Positions 51,216 through 62,280 of a DNA stretch of 62,280 bases are shown here, in pieces. Every line of letters starts with the position of its first letter. Position 1 is the stretch's first letter. A model generated the notes under the pieces. It was not told the DNA's origin. It saw nothing but the letters and a program-made list of their open reading frames with translations, and made no database searches. Position numbers and translations under genes: made by a program. Origin of the DNA: Rhynchobatus australiae (lineage: Eukaryota); the NCBI GenBank assembly GCA_034780895.1, contig JAUZTB010000066.1:25170059-25232338 (forward strand), given 5' to 3'.

Positions 51216-51549
51216 GTAAGTGTAAGAGAAATGAAATGTGCCCAACGTTATGGCAGAGAGGCCTTCCTAAGGCCGCTATCGAATAAGAACTGTGCAAAAA
51301 TCTGGAGAATTTCTGTCTGAGTAGGTATTTAATTTGTTAGGTTGTTTTTCTTAGGATCTTTGCCTTTACCATCTACTTTGCTGACCCCGAGTGTGATCAT
51401 CAACCTGACATGATGTTGCAAGCCCAGATATGGGCCTGGAGGTTTGTGAAAGTGAAGCTGAAGTAGAAGAATTATAATGTGAAAGGTGTAATGGTTGAAG
51501 GTCTTGCCATTAGTTGAGGAATTTATACGGGAGCTGTATGTGAACTTGT

Positions 51550-52533
51550 TTTCTTTTTCAATCTTTTTATTAAATTTCAAATTAATATACATAGCGATAG
51601 TGATTACACACATGGTGTGAAGAGATCGGGATTACAGTAATAACAGTTGACATATACAATCACAGGGAGTAAAATATATAATCTGAACCTCCCAATCTCT
51701 TACTAAGTGAACATGATACAAAAGAATTTGAAGAGAAATGTAATTATATGAAAAAAGAACCCCAAAATTAAAAAAAATTAAACAAAAGCAAACCAAAAAC
51801 TCCAAAAAAAAAAGCTGGACTGTTATTTCTTCGGTTAAAAAACATATAGCTCCGTTCCTCTATATTCAAATAAAAGGTTATTGAAGGGGATTCAAAGAAG
51901 GTCTGATTATATCATATGGAAATACTGAATAAATGGACTCCAAATTTCCTCAAATTTAAGCCAAGGATCAACAGTACCATTCCTAATTTTTTTCTAAGTT
52001 TAAACATGTTATAGTTTGAGGAAAAACACTGAAATGTGGTGGGAGGTACAGGATCCTCCCATTTAAATAGAATGGATCTCTTGGCCATTAATGTAACAAG
52101 TGCAATCATACGACAAGCTGAAGGGAATAAATGGCCAGAATCCATCATTGGTAACCCAAAAATTGCAGTAATACGATGAGGTTGTAAATCAATAGTCAAT
52201 ACATTTGAAATAATATTAAAAATGTCTTTCCGAAGTTTTTCCAAAAGAGGGCAGGATCAAAACGAATGTCAGGGAAGCCACCTCCGAATTACATCTGTTA
52301 CATAAAGGATTTACATGGTGATAAAAACGGGCTAACTTGTCCTTAGACATATGGGTCCTGTGGACCACCTTAAACTGTATCAAAGAGTGTCTGTCACACA
52401 TTGAAGATGTATTAACTAATTGGAGAATTTTCTTCCATATCTCTGTAGGTAAGAGTATCTGGAGTTCTCTTTCCCATTCATTCTTAATTTTATCAAGTGT
52501 CTCTAGACATATTTTCATAATCAGATCATAAAT
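51550..52533 (-). mobile_element. L1/Tx1-clade LINE, ORF2 C-terminus and 3' UTR (truncated by gap)
   Basis: ORFs 52216-52518(-) and 51912-52244(-): KNEWEREL...HSLIQFKVVHRTHMSKDKLARFY...PLCNRCNSEVASLT (CCHC zinc knuckle), TAIFGLP...LMAKRSILFKWEDPVPPT; the antisense end tttcttttcaatctttttattaa carries the polyA signal and A-rich tail. Confidence 0.85.
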
Positions 52534-52633
52534 NNNNNNNNNNNNNNNNNNNNNNNNNNNNNNNNNNNNNNNNNNNNNNNNNNNNNNNNNNNNNNNNNNN
52601 NNNNNNNNNNNNNNNNNNNNNNNNNNNNNNNNN

Positions 52634-53390
52634 CTGTAGTTTTAGACTCACCTACCTTGAGAGAAAGGACTAAGACCATTCATCTTATCTATGTCCCTCC
52701 TGACTTTATACAACTCTATAAGGTCTCCCCTCAGCCTTCTATGCTCCAGGGAAAAAGCCCCAACCTATCCAGTCTCTACCTATAACTCGAGCCCTGGTAT
52801 CATCCTTGTGAATCTTTCCTGAACCCTCTCCAGCTTAATGACATCCTTCCTATAGTCAGGGTACCAGAACTGCACACAATACTCCAAGTGTAGTGTCACC
52901 AACACGTACACTTGTAACATGACATATCAGCTCCTGTATTTATTTCCATGACCAATGAAGGCAAGCATTCCCATTGCTCCCTCACTGCTCTGTCAACCTT
53001 GGTCTCTCATTCTACAACACTCTCTAGGACCCTGCCATTTACTGCGTAAGCCTTATCCTGGTTTAACTTACCAAATTGCAACACTTTGCACTTGTCTAAG
53101 TTAAATTCCATCTGCCATTCCTTGTCCCACTTTCACTGTTGATCTACATGCTGATGTAATCTTGGGTAACCACCTTCACCATCCACCTTACCACCAATTT
53201 TGGTGTCATAAACTTACTAACCATGCCAACTACACGCTCATCTAAGTCATTAGTAGAGATGATGTACAACAGCGGACCCAGCACCAATCCCCTGTGGTGC
53301 ACTGCTGGTCACAGGCCTCCTATCTGAAAAATAGCCATCCTCCACCACCACCCCCTGATACCTACCACCAAGCCAATATGTACACATTGT
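52634..53390 (-). mobile_element. CR1 LINE RT/3' region
   Basis: ccagaactgcacacaatactccaagtgt (antisense of HLEYCVQFW), ttaaattccatctgcca, cagcggacccagcaccaatcccctgtggtgcactgct (antisense of AVHQGLVLGPL). Confidence 0.8.
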
Positions 53391-54977
53391 CATCCTAAAA
53401 TAAAACTGAAAAGGTATTGAGTGTTGAGTGCTCTGGGGTAAATGATGAACTGAGACTTACTTGGGGTCCCTTTAATAAAGCCGACTGGGATTTCAGCTGA
53501 ACATTGACTGTTGGCAAGAATGTGGATGACTGTGAAATAGATTGCAGAACATTATTTGTATACTGCTAGGATCAGAGAGGTGCCATGGAACTAAGACTAG
53601 ATTGTGTTATTTTAGATGATGGAAGAAACTGATGTGCTGGCATTGGTGGGTCAGATTGTAAAAATAATGATCATCTTTTTAACCAGAACTGGGGTGATAA
53701 TAGAATAGGTTCGTAATGAAAATGAGTGCGCTTGTGTACACACAACATTCTTAAAAAGCAGCTTGGATAATTACTATCAATTGAAGCTTGTCTGATGACT
53801 AGCGAATAAGCCCCTGCAAGTCTTCCTGCTCATGCATATTACTGATGTGCTAATACCCTGCATTTCATGCAGCAATCCGGAGCAAGAAGATCCAGGTGGG
53901 CTGTTTCATTGCACATTCTTGCTTCTTGTTTCAGAGGCAAATCCGGCTTGACCTCAACCTTTAATTGTTTGTCTGGTAGAACTTGGCTCTTCATTTCACT
54001 TTCAGAGCCAAGGGAAATAATTATGGGTTATTGGAGATTTAGGAGAGGAACAAGCCAATAAGATGACAGAAGGTTGCTTGTATTCTGTTGTAATGTTTGT
54101 TCATACAGGCAACTGAAAAGGCATAGCTAATACTTTGAAGATTTGCTTTTACTTTTGTCATTTGTCTTGAATATTTTCTGACTAAATCAAAGAAGTACCA
54201 AACATACAAACTGTCATTTTACTCTGGTTGAATTTTGACAGAATGATTATTTCTTAGTTAATACTGTTATAGCCAAAAACCTTTAAGAACCAAGTGCTTC
54301 CAGGCATAGGAGTTAATTACCAAAGTCTGTAAGGGATAGTCTGGTCCTGTAAGCACTGAGAGCACAAGCCTTCCACAAAGAGCACTATGTTTGTGGTATG
54401 GCTATCTGATTGGAATCCTCTCCCAAGAAGCTATCAGTTTAGGGAACAAGGAGCAAAACAATTACTGCTCTTCCTCTACCTTATAATTTCTATTGAATTT
54501 TACCCATAATCAGTGAAGAGCGAGTTCCACAGATAACTGATCCTTTNNNNNNNNNNNNNNNNNNNNNNNNNNNNNNNNNNNNNNNNNNNNNNNNNNNNNN
54601 NNNNNNNNNNNNNNNNNNNNNNNNNNNNNNNNNNNNNNNNNNNNNNNNNNNNNNNNNNNNNNNNCATCAGTTTTTGCTTATCAGTTGCAACTGGACATCA
54701 TTTGGGCAGAGCATTATTCAGCCAGATTGTCGTCATCAATGTTCAGGTGTCCTATTAATGCAGATCCTAATCAACTGCACAGAGTATTTATTCCAGCTGT
54801 CTCCCTGTGTTCCTCTATCCCAAGTCCTTCTCCCAATTATTCTTTTCTTTGCAGTCTGTCTAAATCTATTAAATTTAGTGTGGGAGAATGGATAACCTCT
54901 CCTGATACAATTTAGTGCTATGTTTTAGCTAAGTAGCAATGTTAAACTCCACACTAGAACTGAACAGGACTTTTGTA

Positions 54978-55845
54978 ATCCTACAGCAGGGAAACAGCCC
55001 ATTCGGCCCAACTCATCTGTGGTGACCAGTGGGTACCCTTCCATATCAGCCCTCTGTGCCTAAGTGATTCAAGTGCTCATCTTGACACTTAAATGCCGTC
55101 AGTGACCCAGTTTCAACCACTCTCTCATGCAGTGCATTCTAGGTACTTGCTGCTCTCTGAGTGAAGGAGGTTTCCTTCATATCCCCTTTGAATCTCTTCC
55201 CCCTTACCCTAAACTTCTGTCCTCTAGTTTTATCTACCTTTGATATGGGGAGCAGTTTCCTGCAGTCTGTCCTATCTATAGCCCTCATCATCTTGTATAC
55301 CTCATTCATGTCCCTTGTTAACCTCTTCTGTTCCAGGGAGAGCAGACTTAGCTTCTCCAGTTTCTCCTCATAACTATCCTGGGCAACGTCCTGGTGAATC
55401 TCCTCTGCACTATCACATCCTTCCTATAGCATGGTGACCAGAACTGCACACAGTACTCCAAGGTTTTATGAAGTTGGAGCATAATGTCCCTAATTCTGTA
55501 TTCAATGCCCTGACCAATGAAGGCCAGTATCCCATATGCCTTTCTAATGTTATCTACCTGCATTTCACCTTTAAGGATCTTTGGACTTGCACACCAACGT
55601 CCATCTATTCCTCAATATTCCCTAAGACCCTACCATTCATGGTGTATGTCCTGGCCTCATTAGTGCTCCCGACGTGCACTACCTCACATTTGTCTATATT
55701 AAAGTCCATTTATTATTTTTCAGCCCATTTTACCAATACATCACTATCTCTCTGCAGCCTTCCACACCACCAATAACTCTGCCAATCTTCATGTCATCTG
55801 TGGATTTGTTGGTCATACTTTCCACATCTAAGTCATTCATGTAAT
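54978..55845 (-). mobile_element. CR1 LINE 3' portion
   Basis: Tail tacagcagggaaacagcccattcggccca; ORF 55348-55563(-) QVDNIRKAYGILAFIGQGIEYR...LEYCVQFWSPCYRKDV...VQRRFTRTLP. Confidence 0.85.
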
Positions 55846-55861
55846 AGCTGACAAGATATCA

Positions 55862-56160
55862 TGGAGACCACACCACCAGGTTCAAGAACAGCTACTTCCC
55901 TTCAAACATTGGGTTTGTGAACCAAACTGCATAACTATAATCACTATCCCAGAAAAGCAACACTATGACCACTTTGCACTACAATGAACATTTATTTTGT
56001 TCTAATTATGTTCATTCTTATAAAAAATTTTGTATAATTTGTTTAATTTATGTTTTTCTTGTGAATTCTATGATGTGATATACCTATGATGCTGCTGCAA
56101 GTAAGTTTCTCAGTGCACATGTACTTGTGCACATCACAATGAACTTGACTTTGACTTTTT
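55862..56160 (+). mobile_element. Rex1/Babar-type LINE 3' end
   Basis: caccaccaggttcaagaacagctacttcccttca (TTRFKNSYFPS) and a tail ending tgatgctgctgcaagtaag...aatgaacttgactttgacttt. Confidence 0.65.
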
Positions 56161-57144
56161 TCAGCTTTTTTGCCAAACTCCACATGGCACAGCCTTCAGA
56201 GCGACTGCCTTTATTGGATGGATTCCAGTATGATTCATTGTGTTGAGACTTTGTAGGATTTGCAGGCTTTGTCTAAGGGGCATCCACAGATCTGGTTTCC
56301 ATTAAATGCAGAAGCCAGACAGTGGCTTCTATAGGCACTAGATTAATACAATGCAGTCTCAGCCTCAAGTTCTACCAGTTGTTTTGCAGGTATCTACTTA
56401 CAGGATAAACCTCAATGGCATGGGACTTGTAGACTGTTGGGGTGGGGAGCCCCATTTGGGAGGAAGCAAAAGACAGTTTCTGTGTCATAATGTGAAAAGT
56501 GTTTTGCTTGTGTAATGTGGTGATTTTTGAGGAGCCTAATTTACAGGCGCAGTTGAACAACCACTCCCTGGTGAACCACTCCCTCGCCTGGGTAGCCAGG
56601 ACACCTGGGCCTCGTGGCCAGGCCAGAAGCCGTGGGNNNNNNNNNNNNNNNNNNNNNNNNNNNNNNNNNNNNNNNNNNNNNNNNNNNNNNNNNNNNNNNN
56701 NNNNNNNNNNNNNNNNNNNNNNNNNNNNNNNNNNNNAACCACAGCTCAGCACTGGAGGAGATGGTGGGGGGAGTGGATGGAATGGAAAGAAACAGTCAAT
56801 GTACTACTAGTGGTGGGAGCAACAATATTTTTATTCTGATTTTTTTTTTTCCCTCTTCCTGTCCATGCCCTATGAAGTTGTGTGGGCCATTAAAAATCAG
56901 TTACAAATTCAGACATGGGATAAATTCTGAAAATGCATCGTATATACTTAGCCATGGTAGTTGCGTCTTTTAAACCCTTGTTCTTCCATGGTGATGCCAA
57001 CATACTGTCAGCTTTTCCTTTTAGTCCCTTTTGAACAGAAGTTCAAAATTTGCATTTGGAAAGTTACTTTAACTTCATCTTCTGTTTAGGTTAAAAGAAC
57101 TGGAAGATTTGGACTCCTTGAATATATTGGGGTGTTATCCTTGG

Positions 57145-57227
57145 GTCTGTGGGAATGGACACTTCCTCAGTCTGTGGTACTGTCAGTGGACGCTTTCCCA
57201 GTCTGTGGGAATATCAGCGGACACTTG
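57145..57227. repeat. Degenerate three-unit minisatellite (~25-31 bp)
   Basis: gtctgtgggaatggacactt / gtctgtggtactgtcagtggacgctt / gtctgtgggaatatcagcggacactt. Confidence 0.65.
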
Positions 57228-58944
57228 GTCCTTCGTAGGAAGTCCTTCACGACCAAGGATGACTTGCTTTGGAGGACTAGAAAAAGTCTGTGTGTGAATA
57301 TTTTTAATGTGTTTTGACAGAACATGGTCTTAATCCCATTGCAAAATGATCCAGGATGACTGGAGATCACAAGCTTGGCACATGCAAATTGTAAGCACAT
57401 ACACACGCACTCTGACCTCACACGTATGGATACAGGATATGGGCATGACCTTCCTCGGCGTCCCTCACACACACTGCATCTGATTTGCTTCCCTCCTGCA
57501 CATTTCTGCTTCTGTTTCCCTGACTGGCTACCTCAAGTCTTCCTCCCTCAGCCCTGTCTGCCTTCACTCACCACCTTTTCTCTCAGCCTCTTCCTCTCCC
57601 TTTCTCTCGACTCATCTGCTTGTCCTCCCAGCAAGGCCTCCTCTTGCTCACCAACTGCTGTCCTCGTGCGCTCCCTCTCTCCAACCCCAACCACTGCCAC
57701 TCGCAGCCTTCAGATTTGCGGATCAACTTCTTCCCTGCCCCCAGCTCTCAGCAAGCCTGCAATCTGCAATGATATTGCAGAACATCCAAGCCTTTCCTGG
57801 AAACCTTTGGGAGCACCTTCATCTGCCTGATGTCGGCAGATTGTTGCCTCCCAGCTTCCTGTAATGGGTTGGTGGACCCCTACGTTGGAGGCAGTTTCCT
57901 CTTGCAGGAGCAGGAACCTCTCAATTGACCACCGTCACCACTCATCATGTACAATGACCTCCACCCCACCCACTCACATTATCTCCTTTCTCCCATCCCC
58001 CACCTCCATTTCCCAGGTCCATCAAGTAACCGATTTGCTAAAACAGATGTCCTGGAAGAGGGGAGGGGCAAGATTTACTAAAGGCAGAAAATTCTTGTGT
58101 GTGTGTGTTTACAGCAGGCACATCTTGCCATCTTCCATCTTCAATAGAGTCCATAGTCCATGAGCTTAACCAGCAAAAGAAAGCAGCAGGTCGCTTCAGT
58201 GATTAAACAATGCCAGAGAAGCCTGTGGAGCAAGCAAGTGAGCGGGAAAGCAGTGACTGATGTGCTGCCAAGGAAAACAGCCCCGGTGTTTACTAGGCAG
58301 GTCACGTAGGGGTACAGGAAGGCCATAGGTCTCCATTTAAAGGAGCTTGAAAACTCGGCAGCTGTCACTGAGCCCAACCCCACACCACCCCATCCCACCC
58401 CCTACAGCCGTGGTGCTGGCAGTGAAGCACAGCTCTCCCACTGCAAATGTGTCACAGTTGTGAAGATTAAAGAAACCTCAGCAGGCCCCACCCAGACTCA
58501 CGGCATACAATAGCCTAATTACACAGAATTTCTCACACAGTTCAAGAAGAGGCAGCAGCAGCTGCATCGGAGTCCTTTCAGGAGCCAAACGGGACGTGTT
58601 CTAAACTGTGTGAGATTTGTTCACACAGTCCTTGCAAGGAAAGTCTTTTCAGCTTTTAACGCAGTGCATTCCTCTTCAAGCGGGTCCCAGCCCAGCACTA
58701 CAGTCAGCAGGGAAAAGTTAAGGCTAACAGTGAATGTTGCACAGAGGAGCTTTTATGTGTCTACCTCCTTGTCGTTTGCAGCCAGCTTTGCTTGGTCTCC
58801 ATGGCAGCAACGTCCCATGTAGGTGCGCTGTAGTGACTGTCAGGGCCTTGTTTAGTGCCCTTTGCTGTTGCCTGAATGCACATGACTGACCTCGGCAAAC
58901 GCAGCTCCAGCATGCGTTGAGTCACATTGGGTCATTAAAGGAAA

Positions 58945-59120
58945 TAAAAACTTGTATTTATGTAGCACCTTCCATGACTCAGGGAAATCCCAAGGCTCAC
59001 TACGTCCAACAAAGTTCATTTTGAGAGGAGTTGCTGTTGTCATGTAGAAAATGCAACCAACAATTTTCACAAAGCAAGCTCCCACCAACACCATGTGCCA
59101 AGGACCAGATCATCTGATTA
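58945..59120 (-). mobile_element. Deu/SacSINE1-like SINE 3' half
   Basis: aaaaacttgtatttatgtagcaccttccatgactcagg...tcccaagg...ttgctgttgtcatgtagaaaatgcaaccaacaatttt...gcaagctcccac...gaccagatcatctg. Confidence 0.65.
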
Positions 59121-59127
59121 AGTTCAG

Positions 59128-59895
59128 CCCACAAAACACTGGAGGAACTCAGCAGATCAGGCAGCATCTATGGAGAGAAATGGACAGTCGACGTTTTGAG
59201 GCGAGACCCTTCGCCTACACTGAAAGATAGAGGGGAGATGGCCAGTATAAAATGCTGGAGGGAAGAGCTGGCAGGCAATAGGTGGATCCAGGTGAGAGGG
59301 GTGATATACAGATGAGGAAGGGGGGAGAGTGGGAATGGCATCAGAAGCTAGGAGGTGATAGGTAGGAGTGACAAAGGGCCAAAGATGATGGAATCTGATG
59401 GGAGAAGAAGGTGGAGAATAGAATTAAAGGAGGGAGGTGGGGAGGGGAACCAGTGGGAGGAATGCATGGGTGATGGGCAGATGGATAGGAGTGGGGGAGT
59501 GGAAAGGGATATGGTTATGGGGGCCAGGTGGAGAGAGAAAATGAATAAGAGACAGAGTGGAGGCAGTTACCGGAATTTGGAGAATTCAGTGTTCATGTTG
59601 CCAGGTTGGAGACTTCTCAGGCATAATACAAAGTGCTGCTCCTCTAATTTGCACTTACCCTCAACTCAGCAGCAGAGGAGGCCGAGGACAGACATGCCGG
59701 AGTCCTGATGCACGATTTCAACCAGAAACGTCGACAATTCCTTTCCTCCCACAGATGCTGCTCGACCTGCTGGGTTCCTCCAGCAGATTGTTTGTTGCTA
59801 CGGACATGTCAGTGTGGGAATGGGTTGGGGAATTAAAATGGCTGGCGACTAGGAGATCCAGGCGGCCAGGGTAGACGGCAAAGGTGCTTGGGGAA
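59128..59895 (-). mobile_element. Penelope-like element C-terminus, 3' UTR and tail
   Basis: Minus-strand translation VASHFNSPTHSHTDMS...MSVLGLLCC*VEGKCKLEEQHFVLCLRSLQPGNMNTEFSKFR*, purine-rich UTR, and tail ctggaggaactcagcagatcaggcagcatctatgg...cagtcgacgtttt. Confidence 0.85.
59701..59799 (+). mobile_element. Nested, oppositely oriented Penelope-like tail with hammerhead-like motif
   Basis: agtcctgatgcacgatttcaaccagaaacgtcgacaattcctttcctcccacagatgctgctcgacctgctgggttcctccagcag, flanked by a degenerate duplication. Confidence 0.75.
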
Positions 59896-60544
59896 GCAGT
59901 TTGTGGTACATGTGAAACATTNNNNNNNNNNNNNNNNNNNNNNNNNNNNNNNNNNNNNNNNNNNNNNNNNNNNNNNNNNNNNNNNNNNNNNNNNNNNNNN
60001 NNNNNNNNNNNNNNNNNNNNNNNNNNNNNNNNNAATCTAGCAGGGCATAGTTTAATTTGGTGAAATGCCAGATACTAATATTTGGAAGAAGGACAGGGGA
60101 AAGAAGATGGGGGATGGGAATTGAGGGATGCCTTACATCTTAAGACTCTCACATAAGTAGTTTTACTACCTCAGGCCACCTCAAACCCTATTGCAGCTAG
60201 TAAAATACTTATAAAGTCTAGCGATTATTGTGAAATAGGATAGGCAATTAGCACATTCCCTCAAAAGCATTGTGATAATGAGTAAATAGTCTTTGAATAC
60301 TGAGATACTTAAAATACAGAGATAAATATTGGCCATGCCACAGGACATGACTAATTGTTCTTCAAAGTAGTGCCACGGTTTTTTTTGCATTTGCCATGGA
60401 GTGTTTGGGTCTTTGGTATTTGCAGTTTTTATGCATGTCCAACACCAGATGCAACTTTAGTTACGCACAAGCCTCTGCCACCCTCTTTCAGCCTGCACCA
60501 CCACCAGCTATGATGACAACACTAAAGCAGGTGGGAGTCCTAAG

Positions 60545-61300
60545 TATGGGGTGGGATGTAAGGATAGTTCAAGGGGATATGGGCAAGCTGAGTGGGCAAA
60601 GAAGAACACGTTCACTGGAATACAATGCTGAAAGATATCAGGTCATCCACTTTGCACATAACAGAAAAGCGGAGTATTGGACAAATGGTGAGAGATTGGG
60701 TTGTGTTACTGTTCAAAGGGATCTAGGTGCGCTTGCACACACATCACTGAAGAGCCAGCATGAAGGAGCAACAAGTGACGAGGAGGGAAAAGGTATATGT
60801 TGGCCTTTATTACACCAGGGTTTGATTACAACACCAAGGAAGACTTATTGCCATTGTGTAGGGCCTTGATGGGACCACACCTGAAGTGCAGTGTATAATT
60901 TTGGTGCTCTTACCTAGGAAAGGATGTACTTGATATTTGAGGAGAGATTGAGTAGATTGGACAGTATTTTTTTAAGAGTGTAGAGGAATGAGAGGAGATC
61001 TCATCTACACTTACAAATTTCTTCAAGACTCAGAGGATATTTCACCTAACGGAGGCACCTAGGACCAAGAGGCTTGAGATGAGGAGAAATTTCTTCACTT
61101 AGAGGGTCGTGAACCTTTGGACTTCTCTACCCCAGATAGCCATAGAAGCTCAATTATTGTGTTTATTCAAAACAAATATTGAGTGATAACTGGGCATTAG
61201 GGGAATTGAGGGAGATGAGGATAGTGCTGGAAAATGACACTGAGGTGGAACTTGATAAATAACNNNNNNNNNNNNNNGAGCAGGCTTGATTCTCATGTTT
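60545..61300 (+). mobile_element. CR1 LINE RT C-terminal/3' region
   Basis: ORF remnant VQGDMGKLSG...EYNAERYQVIHFAHNRKAEYWTNGERLG...VQRDLGALAH, plus gaggagaaatttcttcacttagagggtcgtgaacctttgg. Confidence 0.8.
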
Positions 61301-61369
61301 TTCAATTTCTTCTGGTCTTCATTCACACACACATTTTCTCTTTCTCAGTTACTTCATCTCTAACTTTTT

Positions 61370-61510
61370 CCAGTTCTAATAGAGGGTGTTTGACCAGAAA
61401 CACTAACTCTGTTCCTGCCTCCACAGCTGCAGCATAACTTGTTGACTGTTTTCAGCATTTTCTGTTTCTATTTCATATTTCTGGAACCTGCAAACTTTTT
61501 GCTTTTACAA
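61370..61510 (+). mobile_element. Old Penelope-like tail
   Basis: cagttctaatagagggtgtttgaccagaaacactaactctg...ctccacagctgcagc...ttcagcattttctgtttctatttca. Confidence 0.55.
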
Positions 61511-61589
61511 TCTTCTAAAGTTCACTTAATCCAAAAAGCCATTCCTTTAGATTGAAAAATTGTGCATCTCATTCCATTATTAATTTCAA

Positions 61590-62110
61590 GCAATTAAAGA
61601 CCATTTAGCTTAATGTCTGTACCAGGAAATTGCTAGAGTCTATAGTTAAGGACAGAATAGTTGCAGTTTTGCACCTGATCAGAGAGACTGCATAGATTTT
61701 TAAACGGAGAACCCAATTTGAATTTTTGAAATAACAGCTAGTGCTTTAGATAGGGGAATGATAGTCATGGATAATAATAAGCCTTCAGTTAAATGAGCTA
61801 ACCTTTTCTTATGAGAGACTTAAGCAAATGCCTGCTAATTCACATGGTTAACATTCACTGGGGTAAATGGAAGCTATTTGCACTGTGTAGGGGATCTAGG
61901 GCCAAGAGTCACTGTTCAAAAAAATAAAGGGAGACCTTCTGATAGCGGTTAGGAAGTTTGTAACATTTCTTCATAAAATTCAATGATACTTGTTTTAATT
62001 TTATTCCAAGACTGATAGATTTTGTTAACTAAAGGTATAAAGGAATATGGGGAAAAGGGCAGACATATGGAATAAGATTGGGTTCCCGATGCCAAATAAT
62101 CTATTCTTAA
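61590..62110 (+). mobile_element. Heavily deleted CR1 remnant
   Basis: agaccatttagcttaatgtctgtaccagga...ctagagtctatagttaaggac (RP-SL-SV-GK-LESIVKD-like) and tgatagattttgttaactaaaggtataaaggaatatgggg. Confidence 0.5.
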
Positions 62111-62280
62111 ATTCATTGTGAAACCAAAATGAACTTTATGCCATACCTTTTATTGGAAGTTTACTCGAGAATGGCATTAAATAGAGAAGCCAACCAGGAT
62201 TAACAGAAATCTTAGAAGTGTTTTTATTTATTAGTTCAAGGGATGGTGACGTTGCTGGGAAACCTGTATTTATTGCCATC

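Larger units (their letters stand above)
49647..62280 (+). other. RNF43: Intron downstream of the RNF43 exon (next exon, A-x-x-A-GERGA..., not seen in window)
   Basis: Begins with the GT donor at 49647. No ARMAGERGASAVLFD-like exon was detected before the window end. Confidence 0.7.

Noticed and set aside
977-55245. Scattered single CTTTGAT/ATCAAAG sites (e.g. 977, 3155, 3575, 5106, 9853, 10152, 35548, 36411, 45998, 54186)
   Set aside because: A 7-mer is expected many times in 60 kb of AT-rich DNA and several lie inside LINE remnants; only clustered or extended-consensus sites were kept.
57375-57830. 151-aa ORF rich in S/P/L
   Set aside because: It comes from pyrimidine-rich low-complexity DNA, starts at a non-ATG codon and has no recognisable domain or splice structure.

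Overview
This is eukaryotic, AT-rich, CpG-depleted vertebrate genomic DNA with many N gaps. Its repeat content (CR1/L2/RTE/L1/Rex LINE remnants, V-SINEs, Deu/SacSINE-like SINEs, Penelope-like elements) points to a cartilaginous fish, probably a ray; this is inferred from repeat families only. The one well-supported coding feature is a 123-bp phase-0 exon on the + strand (49524-49646). It encodes part of the extracellular PA domain of RNF43, the Wnt-feedback E3 ligase, and corresponds to human coding residues ~85-125. The rest of the window is therefore most likely RNF43 intron: >49 kb upstream and >12 kb downstream of this exon. Most ORFs in the supplied track are spurious, gap-spanning or decayed transposon fragments. 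The best leads are: (1) a candidate NMD 'poison' cassette exon 1.3 kb downstream of the RNF43 exon, with very strong splice signals and an overlapping U12-type 5' splice-site motif; (2) clusters of TCF/LEF sites that may be Wnt-responsive intronic enhancers; (3) six Penelope-tail copies sharing a non-canonical minimal hammerhead core (CUGAUGC); (4) a ~410-nt inverted repeat built from a single L2 copy. No prokaryotic systems, CRISPR arrays or genuine tRNA/rRNA genes were seen. Repeat boundaries are approximate, and family names come from recalled consensus motifs rather than database searches.
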